From contig NC_092673.1 of NCBI RefSeq assembly GCF_964355755.1, forward strand, positions 12,682,948-12,746,947: a DNA stretch of 64,000 bases, written 5' to 3'. The notes beneath the pieces were generated by a model, which did not search any database, had not been told where the DNA came from, and saw nothing but the letters and a program-made list of their open reading frames with translations. Below are positions 1 to 12,900 of the stretch, piece after piece. This DNA is from Antedon mediterranea (Eukaryota > Animalia > Echinodermata). The position numbers and the translations under genes are program-made. How positions within the stretch are numbered: the first letter of the stretch is position 1; each line of letters begins with the position of its first letter.

Positions 1-736
1 TATATTTTTATGTATGAAATGTAGGAGTGTTGCTGTAGTATCCTCTACACCACGATGCGCTTTGTATGCAAACTGCATTGGGTCAAGCTTATTTTCAACA
101 ACTAGTTTAATCAGACTAGCTACAAACCTCTCAAGACATTTCATAACTAGCGAAGTTAATGCAATGGGACGAAAATCGTTGCTGTCGCCTTAACAGGTGA
201 CAGCTTTGGAACAGGAACAATAAGTGAGTGTTTCCAAATAGATGGAACAATTTGAAAAATGTGCTGAAAAATATGCCAATTCCGAAGCACAACTTCCAAT
301 CAGTTTCCACCAAGTCTGTCAGTGCCTGCGGCTTTTTTCGATTTAGTCCTGCGAAAAAGATTTCTTAGCTCATAGGTTATCAATGGGTTAGTCTCAGAAA
401 CTCAATTTTTACAAATCTCAGTTGATCTACTCTCGAAGTTTGACTCATCAAACATGGTATAGAATTTATTTAAGGATTCCGCCAGGCTTGCTTCATCAAA
501 CCCGTAGAGCATCTCAAAAGGAGCCTTCTTTTTAGAACCTGTCATCAATCTTATATTATTCCATGCTTTGCGCGTGTTTTTATCCTGAAAGTGTTTTTCA
601 ACCTTTTTTTAAAATTTATTTTTACTCTTTTTAATACTGTTTTTTAACTGATGTTTTGCTTGTATTAATTTATTTTTATCATTACTTTTGAATGCTAACC
701 TTTTGTTTCTGAGGAGAGCAACCTTAACGCTCTTAT

Positions 737-915
737 CTACCCACGGTTTATCATTAGGAAAAAGACGGATTCTGTTAGTTCATTAATATCCGCAGCAGAA
801 TCAATAAATAAATCCCAATTCGTTTTGTCAAGGCAATCTTGAAGGTGTTCAATTCTCTCAGGATGCCATAATTTAATGCGTCTGTCTTGTGGTTTCGTGG
901 ACTTCAATAGCTGGA
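737..915 (-). mobile_element. Small LINE (Rex1/Babar-like) ORF2 linker relic
   Basis: IKLW...LQDCLDKTNWDLFIDSAADINELTESV resembles the endonuclease-RT linker of Rex1-type LINEs. Confidence 0.5.
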
Positions 916-3086
916 TCATGTTGTGGTCAGAGGCAGTGGTGGCGCCAGCGGGGGGGAATTTCGTCGGGGAATATAATATACAGTAAAAATCATTCGCGTT
1001 CACTTCGTAGCTTCAGCGCCTAGAAAACCGCGACGTTCCATTTTTCTAGTACGTCGGACGGAGAGCTATTACACTTTTTTGAATGCATTATTGCCGGCGA
1101 TCTAATAACTATACAACAACATTTATTCAATATTCAATATTTTACAAAGTTTATGGGTTAAGATACACAGAAGCCAAAGTGGCTTGTCTTTGTAGTCCTA
1201 AGCATAAACATAAAACATATTATACGGACGCATTACATTAACAAAAAATGACATTTTGAGACAGAAAAAGAAAAAAAAACACAAACACAACAAAGTGATA
1301 TTAAGCCAAATGTTTACAACCCCAATTTTGCAGTAGCAATAGTAGCTAGCAATATGTTTCAAATATCATCTTTTTAATATTGTACTTTAGCATAGGGAGT
1401 GAGGTCATGTGATTTTGTTCTAGGGTAGACTGGAGTTTATTCCAGTATGTTGGTCCTTCAATAAAAATTGATCTTTTATTAATTTCTAGTAAACAATAGG
1501 TACGCACTAGCGGTGTCCCTTTGTACGAATCGTTTAACCAGGGAGTTGTAAAATATTACAACTCCCTGGTTTAACATTGGGCCCGGCCCATTGCGGTTTT
1601 ACGCGTGATATCATGTTCCATCCAGGGACCAGAATGTGTACTGTTAGTATCCAGGCGAACTTTACCGAAGCGTTACGTTGTGAACTGTGTATCGACGTAC
1701 GCTATACAGCAAAAGGTTACGAATTATGTTCGCGATCTATTGTTTTTTTATTTACGATTAACCCTGTACCATGGGGTACCTAAAATAGACGTTTCACTGT
1801 AGGCTCGACTAACACTCGCACTAAACAAACATTTTTCCAACATCTTATTATAGCTAAGTTATTACATTTCCAATGTCCTGTATGTCATGAACTGCTCATC
1901 ATACATCGAAATTCCAGATTCACATCTGGGAAATAAACTGATTTTCTCCGAAGGAAAATGGTCTACGCTTGCGGACGCATTCCCCTCCAAATAAAAGGTA
2001 AAAAAGGGCACTTTTTTAGGCCTTTAGGCCTGAATTTGTTTAAGTCATAAGTGTAGTTTTTGAAGACCTGCAGCTCTAGTTTTCAAAATTGTCTTAGCTC
2101 AATCGTCCCCAATAGTATAGAGCTGGTCAAGGATACTTATACATTTCGTTTCATATTTCGATGTACAATATACAGTTAGTGCATTGTCTGGGAACATAGA
2201 GCTCTCTTTTTTTTCAATTTTTTTTCCATATCCATGTTAGGGCTGGTTCTGGAGACGTACCGGTATATATTTTGTTTTATGCTTCGAAGTATAATACGTT
2301 AATTTTCGGGACCTGCAACTCTATTTTTCAAAATGTTCTTAGCTCCACCCCAACCATGGTGGGCTGGTCCTGTAGACCTATAATTTCGTTTCGTATTTCA
2401 ATGTTTTGCAGGGACCAGCAGCTCTATTTTTCAAAATGTTCTTAGCTTCACCCAACCATCCATAGCGGGCTGGTCCTGTAGACTTATAATTTCGTTTCAT
2501 TTATCAATATGGGCCTATATAAGTGCAATTTCCAGGTCATTTGAGGCCATTGGCAAAACAAAGTCTCTGCAGAAAGTTTAGTCACATTATGTATGCAAAT
2601 TGAGAAATGGGGTCGAGGGTAAAAAATGTTATACTTTCGGTAATTTTTTCGTGAAATGTTTCATTAAAGCAAATATATATACATTCTGAATAAATCTAAT
2701 ATAATAATCAGTGAAGAAATCAAATTCACCCTAATTTTCAGCTAATTTGCATATCATCGGGATGAGTGACAGAAGTGTCACTCTGTTTGCAATTTGTTTC
2801 GTTCAAAATGTTAGATTACTAGCCTAGTTTAAGTTGCGGAGGCTTTTTTTGCACATATCCGTCCCCAATGGCAGGTATATAAACTGTACCAAACTGGCGA
2901 GTAAATCATGTTTTACTTTTTAAACCTCGCAACGTCTCAGTTTAAAAGGCTACTCGGGCCAATAATTGCTATTAGCCTTTAGGTTATTGCGATTTGGACG
3001 TTTTTAGCCATGGATTATATTGATTAACACTGTTCTGATTGGTTGTAGCTTTGAATACTTCTTCTCGGAACTCATCCATAATACAA

Positions 3087-3790
3087 TAGCAATTTAGCAC
3101 AGTGTTTTACTATATAACCAGATAAATAATAGGAAACATTTAATAATTTGATAATTGACATTTACATAGCAATTTAGCACAGTGTTTTACTATATAAATT
3201 ATAACAAATACAATTTGGTTAGAGTAAAACACAATGATAAAGAATAGGAAACATTTAATATAATATGATAAATTACATATACATAGCAATTTTGCACTGT
3301 GTTTTACTATAACCAATTTGGTTACGGTTAAACACAATGATAAAGAATAGGAATTTAATAATAAAGTATGATATGACATTTACATAGCAATTTAGCACTG
3401 TGTTTTACTATAACCAATTTGGTTACGGTTAAACACAATGATAAAGAATAGGAATTTAATAATAAAGTATGATATGACATTTACATAGCAATTTAGCACT
3501 GTGTTTTACTATAACCAATTTGGTTACGGTTGAACAAATGATAAAGAATAGGAAACATTTAATAATATGATAAATGACATTTACATAGCAATTTATCACT
3601 GTGTTTTACTATATAACCAATTTGGTTATAGTAAAACACAATGATATAGAATAGGAATCATTTAATAGTATGATATATGACATTTATATAGCAATCTAGC
3701 ACTGTGTTTTACTATAACCAATTTGGTTACAGCATGGATACAGTTACACACAATGATAACAAATAGGATAAAATTAATTATGATAAAAGA
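3087..3790. repeat. Minisatellite, ~100-bp unit, about 7 degenerate copies
   Basis: Recurrent TAGCAATTTAGCACTGTGTTTTACTATAACCAATTTGGTTA...ATGATAAAGAATAGGAA. Confidence 0.9.
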
Positions 3791-4147
3791 CAGTTAAATA
3801 GTAATTTATTTTCTATAGCACACTAATAAAGCATGGATATGATATGATATGATACAATATGATTTTCTCCCAATTAGTGAAGATATTTTGGGATACTGCG
3901 TGCGTAGTGCACCTAACAAGATCATGTTCGCTATTTAAAACTCACATTTTAAAACCGTAAACGCATAAATTTGCGGACATACTCGTAAAACACACTTCCA
4001 GAGATTTTATGATTTTAACAGTACTACAACATCCATAACATACGGTAGTATAGATTTGTACAAAAAGAGCAGAACAATTAATTAATTTTCATCATTGATT
4101 GAATTAAAACCATTAATGGAATTTTCATAATCAATTCAATTCATCAC

Positions 4148-4370
4148 ATCGATGCAATTTTCATCGATGCAGTTTTCATCGACGCAATTTTCATCGATGC
4201 AGTTTTTAACGACGCAATTTTCATCGATGCAATTTTCATCGACGTAATTTTCATTGCATCGAAGCAATTTTCATTGCATCGACGCAATTTTCATTGCATA
4301 GACGCAAGTTCCATTACATCGATGCAATTTTCATCGACGCAATTTTCATCATCGATGCAATTTCATCATT
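4148..4370. repeat. 15-20 bp tandem repeat (ATCGAYGCAATTTTC)n
   Basis: Direct inspection. Confidence 0.9.
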
Positions 4371-6439
4371 GCCAAAAACTAGCGTAAACGGCGTTCCATA
4401 ATTAGTGACGAATCGCATATTCGCCGTTTATTGTTGAGGCGCGTAAACAGTGTGCGCAATGCACGTTTCCCTCCCATCATGACGAGACGAATCGATTCGA
4501 CGCTTCATGTGACGAATAATCGCCAAATTATAATATTAATATAATTAATGAAACAAGATACGCAGTTGATGTTTGCATCAATTGTTCTTTAGAATAAATA
4601 CTTTCGAAATACAAAACAAAATATGTGTGGCGAGTGACGATATTTATTTATTTTCTCATTTCTACCAAGAATAACAAATGTTTGAATACAAAACTTTGTG
4701 CATGTGAATTAAATTACAAAAATATTAAAATGAGGATTTTTCACGAAGAAACATTGCGTAAAATACTCGTATTCAAAAGTTTCTGAAATTTGTAGATATA
4801 ATATGATCATGATGGTCATGAAAAAGAAATTTGACATTCCTAATATTTTTTTTTGCAAAAATGTAATATGAAACATACAATTTACATAGTTTATCATTGT
4901 TTTTTATTAGAACCAATTTGGGTACACAGTTAAACATACTGTAGTGATAAAGAATAGATACTTGTTAGGTTGCTTTACCCTAACGCTAGTTTGAAGCGAC
5001 ATTATAAATTAATCGCGAAAAAACCGTATCGTATTAAGAAACGTTTGACATTTTGTAGATAATGTTCAATATAGGTTCTTACATTTATAAAACAAAAAAA
5101 ATATAAGATATAAGACAAATCGATGATTTCAATAATTTGCATTTCTAAAAATTCACACTTATGAAAGACCATACATTTTGAGAGCAACCCATAGAACATG
5201 TTTACCAATTTAAAAACGTTTTGAATACCAGACGTATTCACAAGCGATGGTAACTTCGCTTGTCATTGGTTAAAACGCTTGCGTTGCGTTTACGTCCTTG
5301 CGTTACGTTCTAGTGGGAACCAAGCTTTAAACAGCACAGACGGCAATACGCTGATCGTCCTCATCATCGCCATCACTTCTTCGTTCAACAAATAAATTGC
5401 CAAAAACGATTTAAGTGTTGTGTTCGCCATCATGGAGCTATACTACTAGCTATACACGTGTTTTTGAATCGTTAAGCACCTTTTCCTTTTGATGTATTCG
5501 AGTTACACGTTTCCGTTGAGTACAAAATTCCACTGCGCATAGTGGGCGTGGCCTAACAATACTCCACGGAAAAGTCCCATTCGAATTGATATCAGAAGAT
5601 TACTATACTAGTACCAAAGAATATATATCACAAGAATGAGTAATCCGCGATTTTCCATGTAACAGTAATATTGTCCATGTGGTAGGGCGCCGCCATAAGT
5701 GTGGATGTATCTGGGATGTATACAACTTTTTGTGACGGTTTCACTAATCAAAGGCTGGACCACCGGTAGTATTTTCATGATAAAAAATGTTATCAACTAC
5801 ATGCCAACATCATGTTAAATACTATTTGGATATTTAAATGTTCGTTTTATGCAATTTATTTAGTAAAAACTGCATTGTAAAAAGTTTGCTTTATCAACCG
5901 GGCGCTACGACAGCGTGACCGGGCGTGTTGCTGTTTACGCGATTTCACGAAGGATAGTTTAATAATATTCCTATATTTAACTTGTTTCTGGTAAAACAAA
6001 TAAATGTTAATAACATTTAACATTTTGTCCTATTAATAACATGTATTTTATACTAATTTATATCATAAAAACAATACTTAATTTACCGGGCGTAGAGTAG
6101 TACACGGCAATGGTAAAGAATAGGCCGTGCTGAGTAACGATTCGTTGATTTTGGTGTTGCTGTGTTAGGCCTTTTTTGTGAACTAACTTAGCATGTTAGT
6201 AAATAATTGTCTGTAAAAGTGAATGTACACTAGTTTGTTAATAAATATGTATTATAAAATAGTTTACAATTGCAAAAACTATTATCATAATTCTATTTAA
6301 TGTGACATGTATAATCAAGTCTTATTTAGTATGTATACATCCGCCCTTATGAGGGCGGGCATCACTCACTGGAGCTCTCTCTGTTACAAATTGCTCATGC
6401 AAAAATCGCGCAATACTCATTCTTCTTGTGATAAGTGTT

Positions 6440-6800
6440 ATTGCCAAAAATGTGCTGATTACGTCACTACCGGAAGTTGTAGTCTAGGCAGACGCAATTG
6501 ATTATGTACGTCCCTGTAAATTACCACAAAACGACGATAGGAAAGAATTCAAAGAAATGCCCTACGTGTTCAAAATCATTGTTTTAATATAGTCTGTATG
6601 TATAACTAACAATTGACCTTTTGGAAGAGCGTATAAATTTAATTTAAAGTAAAACATGATTTACTCGCCAATTTGGGGCTTCGTAGAAATCGAACTCCCT
6701 GAAAACGCTATGTTATTTCAGTTGGTTACGCTTCCCTGCACAGCATTGTTTGTCGTCGTCGTCGATCGAAGATGAATTCGGTTTCGTGAAATGTGTCTAT
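6440..6800 (+). promoter_or_regulatory. Probable promoter of the Ig gene
   Basis: Locally CpG-rich. CRE-like TTACGTCA (~6459), ETS site CCGGAAGT (6470-6477) overlapping a reverse ACTACAA motif, and Inr-like TCAGTT (~6718), all just upstream of the ATG exon. Confidence 0.5.
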
Positions 6801-6882
6801 TGAATTTCAAGTTAAGCCCAGCTAGAAGATGATTGGAATAAACAGTAGGCCCACTACTAGGCATATTCCTAGTAGTGGTAGT

Positions 6883-6906
6883 ATGCCTGCTAAGACCAGA
6901 CACAAA
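6883..6906 (+). CDS. Ig gene exon 1 (MPAKTRHK, signal peptide n-region)
   Basis: ATG plus 7 codons, then a perfect GTAAGT donor in phase 0. Joins the next exon to give MPAKTRHK-SLVAVYFIVILLDIISP-AHC/Q, a typical signal peptide. Confidence 0.6.
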
Positions 6907-9900
6907 GTAAGTAAGCAGGTTTTAATTTGGTTCGATTTGCCGCTTTCTTTTTAATGTTTAGGCCTAGCCTAGCTAGGGATTACGGTCGAACGAAGCGGCC
7001 GCCAACCAAAGCGGCCGCTAGTTCAATAACGGTAATTTGTATGGAACGCCGTGTGCGCTTTGATTGTCGTTGTTTTGTCATTTTTGATTGTCATTGTTTC
7101 GATCGTCAGGTTTTCTTTTCCTCGGACGTAAATAACAACTTACATTATTAATATTATGTAATATATTCTCTTTTTTGACAGATTGAATGTGATACCTTCT
7201 TTTAAACGAAATGGCGAATCGATGATTACTTACTTTAACTGTTCTAAATGATATATATGTTTAATAAAGTCAATAAAAAACATTGTGGTGTTTTTATTGT
7301 ATAATATATAATATGCCAATTATTAAGAATAATATATATATTTTTTCAATAAAATATATCAAATCAAAATATATATATTTGTTATTGTATATTAATATAT
7401 TAGTAAAGTAACTACTGTAAGTAGTACGTGTTCGCAAACATAATTTAATTACAATAACATGATGACATCAATTTATTTATTTAATATCCTAAATTGTTTT
7501 ATACCTTCAGATATATAAATATTGATCAATTTAAAATTAGTTTTAAATACTAAAATAAGACGCAAGTGCCTGTACGGTACGGTAATTAATTACGTGAATT
7601 TCTGCTAATAACTCGACTGGCGGCCGGCCAGGAATAGTGCTGTAGAAGGTCGCGTTTTCGTCTTCACGTTGCTTCATTGAAAACACAAACATTACAATGG
7701 AATAATAATAATACAGTGTAAACGAGATATAAAAATTCGGCAATACCGTACGTAACTTATTATTGCAATACTGTATAAAGATTCGATGTAAATGAGATAT
7801 AAAGATTCGGCAATACCGTACGTAAATTATTAATGCAATACTGTAAAGATTCGATGTAAATTAATGAGATATAAATATTCGGCAATATACCGTACGTAAC
7901 TTATTATTGCAATACTGTATAAAGATTCGATGTAAATGAGATATAAAGATTCGGCAATACCGTACGTAAATTATTAATGCAATACTGTAAAGATTCGATG
8001 TAAATTAATGAGATATAAATATTCGGCAATACCGTACGTACTTATTATTGCAATACTGTATAAAGATTCGATGTAAATGAGATATAAAGATTCGGCAATA
8101 CCGTACGTAAATTATTAATGCAATACTGTAAAGATTCGATGTAAATGAGATATAAATATTCGGCAATACCGTACGTAAATTATTATTGCAATACTGTATA
8201 AAGATGCGATGTAAATGAGATATAAAGATTCGGCAATACCGTACATGAATTATTAATGCAATACTGTATAAAGATTTGATGTAAATGAGATATAAATATT
8301 CGGCAATACCGTACGTAAATTATTATTGCAATACAGTACTGTATAAAGATTTGATGTAAATGAGATATAAAGATTCGGCAATACCGTACGTAAATTATTA
8401 ATGCAGTACTGTATAAAGATTCGATAGTATGTAAATGAGATATAAATATTCGGCAATACCGTACGTAAATTATTAATGCAATACTGTATAAAGACTCGAT
8501 AGTATGTAAATGAGATATAAAGATTCGGCAATACCTTAATAGTACGTAAATTATTATTGCAATACTGTAAAAAGATTCTATGAGATACAAGGATTCAGCA
8601 ATACCGTACGTAAATTATTAATGCAATACTGTATAAGGATTCGATAGTATGTAAATGAGATATAAATATTCGCCAATACCGTACGTAAATTATTATATTG
8701 CAATACTGTAAAAAGATTCGATAGTATGTAAATGAGATATAAAGATTCGGCAATACCGTACGTAAATTATTATATTGCAATACTGTAAAAAGATTCGATA
8801 GTATGTAAATGAGATATAAAGATTCGGCAATACCGTACGTAAATTATTATTGCAATACTGTATGAAGATTCGATAGTATGTAAATGAGATATAAATATTC
8901 GCCAATACCGTACGTAAATTATTAATGCAATACTGTATAAAGATTCGATAGGAGAGTGCTCAAGAAACGTCGGGTCAAGAAGATAAAATAAACAAATAAA
9001 TAAATAGTACGTAATAAATGAGACATAGAGGTTCAATAGTATGTAGATTATGATGCAAACGTAAATTATTAATGATTCGATAATATATAATGTAAATATA
9101 TTTTTAGTTAGTTATTAATATTAAAATACAAATAAAATATACATTGATTTATCCGCAGGCAAACTTAATTATTATAGAAATATAAAGATTTGATAGTACA
9201 TGATTTGGCTTATAATTATATTTATTGGTTTGACCATACACACAGCTGTAACTCAACTCGCCATAGGCCATGGCGTTGACAACGACAATCAAAGATTAAA
9301 GCGCACATGGCGTTCCATACAAATGACGATATTAAACTGGCGGCCACTTTGGTTGGCGGCCGCTTCGACCATACTCCCTAGCTAGTAGGCTAGGCCTAGC
9401 CTATATATAGGATCGGGTAGATGTACCAGTCTTCGACAGGTTAAGCAGAAATACGTTAAAATTCATACTATCGAAAAGACAATACAAAAATTGGTTTTAT
9501 TAGTGGTTTAATAATTAATAATTGAAGATTTATTGACATAATTATATGTTTATTTGTTTTTTACTAATTACCGGATACATTTAATGTTAAATGTAAATAA
9601 ATGAAACGAATATAGATACCGTAGAAACAAAATGGTAACTGATTCATTGACGTAATTATTATGTATGTTTGCTCAGCCGCGTAACAAGGGGGTCTCGTCA
9701 GGGGGGCAAACAGGGGCTGATCCTTCCAGACACCAAGTACTTGAGCCACAGTCCCCCATGGTGGGGGCTGTGGCGAAGCGAATTTTGGTAAATGACACCC
9801 CTAGATCGTCGTAAATGGTACTCTCGCACATAAAATTCATGATAAATGGTGCCTCCAACTAGTAGTAGTTGGCCTGGAAATAACACTCCCATTTATTGCA

Positions 9901-12900
9901 CAGCAATCGGCGGCAAAATGATCGTACATTTTCCACCGTTAAAAATACGGGCGACTTAACATTTGAACACGTGAAAACCCAATCTAACATTGGATCCGCG
10001 CCTGGCAAAGGTAGTAATTTTTCCGGTTAGAAGACTGAAAGATTGAGTATTGGAGCGACAGCCAGCCACGAAAGTACGTTCGTTTTGCTGATCGCTAGCG
10101 CGTTACATATGATTAGTAGGAGTGTATTTTTTTAAGGTGGCCTCACACGCACAGCACAGCGTCACAATTGCGTATCAGATGCCCGCGCGTGTTCTATGGA
10201 CCGGAACCGCGCTTGGTAAACCTGTCTCTTCAACGTATATAAAAAAAACACAAACAAATATGACATATTAACGCAATGTATATTAAGATTAGCCATACTC
10301 GTGTGTTTGAACTAAATAATAAACTATACAGTAGTCTATAAACATTAAGTGTTACATTACTAGTAATTGTCCACTTTGCCTGTGATGATTTGAATTTTAT
10401 AAGCATTCAAAGTTGAACATTTCGTCTTCCTGTAACTGTCATGCGACTAAATGTGTTGATAACGCTGTAAAAGTTTGCATTTTCGGAACGGTCTCTTTCA
10501 ACTGATATTAGGGTTAATGATGATAGCCGTTCTTCTCCCATGGTGGACCGCAAGTAGTTTTTAACGAGTTTCAACTTTAATACTGAATGATCTTTCTGCT
10601 GTGGCAGAAGCCACCGATATTGTTGCAAATATGCGAAAAAGGATTCCCATGTTTGGATATGCAGTGTGTAAACTATTTTTGAAAACCCAATGCACCATAT
10701 CTTGCAATGTTTCAATAGTTCCTTTCTCAGGTTTAAGTTCTTTATACAGCAAGCAAAACTGTTCATATTCTTTTTCAGCTAGTCCAATATCAATATCTTC
10801 CGAGTATGACCTAGCTAAATCACTGAACATGTCAATCTTTCCCAAATTAGCAGGCATTAAGCAGCTAAGGTCTAACCCGGTTATGGAAATCAGCAAATCT
10901 GTTTTTAAGTTCATTAATAATCTTATCGTATATAAAATAAAATACGTCTCTTCTGAATCTGTCTTCTGGATCTTCATGGGATTTTTGTTTGACTCGGCTA
11001 TACTAGTTAAACTTATAACAACGATTATTCTCTGTACCTTTATTATGAGATTATTCGATTTAACGATTATTGTGGCAACAATTTTCTTGAAGAAATACTG
11101 ATTGATTTTCGAAAACATTAATCTGACAGTATACATTAATTAAAGGAAAGGAAGTAGAATTGTAAACAATAATATGTATCTGGGAGTACTAGTAGTGTTT
11201 GGCTAAAGCTTAAATGGGTGGACGTTGACGAAGAAGAAGTTAAGAAGAAGGAAACTCGATTTTTTTGAGGTAAAGCAGGATATATATACTATATAATGTT
11301 TATGTGTTAAGCCTACTAATCAATGATGTTCTATTTGGGGATATTGTATGTTGGGCTGGGAATATCAGTAAGGGCATGTAAGGAGGATAAAGACCAAATT
11401 ATTTATTTATTCTGTCTTTATACTGAATGACACTTTCAGTGCTAAAAAAAGGTAACTATCTACAACACATACAGTATAATATTGGAAGACACCAATCATC
11501 CTCTTCATGGCGACATTATCAGCTCCATCTTGCATTCGTTATTATAACGTTTTGATGCAAACGTTGTTCAATTAGAACATGTATTTCTACACAGAAATTT
11601 AATTGAAACGTTATAGAAAAACCCAAACCTAAAAACATGCAATTTGAAATGTTTTGATTACGTTTAACAAATGTTCTGTATTTGCTTATTTGCTGGGAAC
11701 AAAATGGTACAGATTCATTGACATAATTATAATATTTATTTGTTTTACTGATTACCTAATAATATACTTTCTGTATCTATAAATCCGAAAAAATTATTCA
11801 ATTTCAACCTAATATCCATATTAGGGAAGGATATCTAAAAAATCATATAGAAATAAAGAGCAATAATAAATTCTATTAACTTGAAAACTGCAATTAATTC
11901 TACAGCGTGCAGGGCGTAGTTGTTTTTCCCTTTGTTGCTGAAACATAATGCACTAAACAGCAGTAGTATTTTAACACATTAGCACACTCAATTAATAAAT
12001 GGGACACCCCTATTTTCCCACCTTTTTATAATGGTATAGTCCATACAAGTCGAGGTGGCCGAAAACAGCACCTGATCCGTATAACAATAAAGTAGTAACT
12101 ACAATGTGATTTACCTAATTACTATACTAATTAACACACAGTAATTAAAACATGTACGGCAATTTAATACCAGACCATACAGACAGATACAAACTTAAAA
12201 AATAATTCTTAAAACGTTTTTTGTTGAATATTCTATTTTAATGTAACATAAATGTTATCCACTTTGACCAAAAATTGGATTTAAAAAATGTATATACCTG
12301 AAAAAAATGTAATTTAAAGCAAAAGCTGTCAGCCAATGGATTTTTGGTTGAATTTAACCATTTATTTTGTCATTTTATAAGTGAAAACATTATTTGTTTC
12401 GGTTTTTTTTTTCTATGGAATTGATTAACTTTATTAAAACTACAAAATAGTATATTCAAAGTCTGATTTAATTAATCTTCATTTTTCATATTTTTTGGGG
12501 ACAATACATCTTTAAAACTGTGATATTATTGAATTTATTAGTAAAAAACATTTCATTCCCAATCCAGAGATTCAATTTTGTCTAGAGTCAGATCACCAGC
12601 CCCGTCTATTCCAGAGCACTTGTCGTTGCAATGGAACCAGCGGCCACACTCACACCCTATCCACTGGACGGTGTCGTCGTATTTTTTTTTACATGCAGAA
12701 CAGATGCCCTCGTTAATTTTGGCCACCTCTTTTGTTTATTGGCTTCCTGTTCCTCTTTGCTTTTGCGTTTAGCCTCTTCATTTGCTGCCTTTTCCGCAGC
12801 CTTAGCTTCAGAATACGCAATAAATTGCTTACCAGAAAGCACCTTTGGCATTTCCCTAGACTTTATTTCGTTTGCTGATAATTGGTGTGGTTGTTTAGGG

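Noticed and set aside
131-400. Possible Tc1 transposase tail (NPIDNL* on the minus strand)
   Set aside because: Only one short degenerate motif
3087-3790. CACAGTG/CACTGTG heptamers in the minisatellite as RSS-like signals
   Set aside because: No ACAAAAACC nonamer at 12 or 23 bp spacing, and not adjacent to Ig exons
7724-8950. CRISPR-like array and the repetitive ORFs at 8183-9036
   Set aside because: No unique spacers, eukaryotic context; the ORFs are translations of the minisatellite
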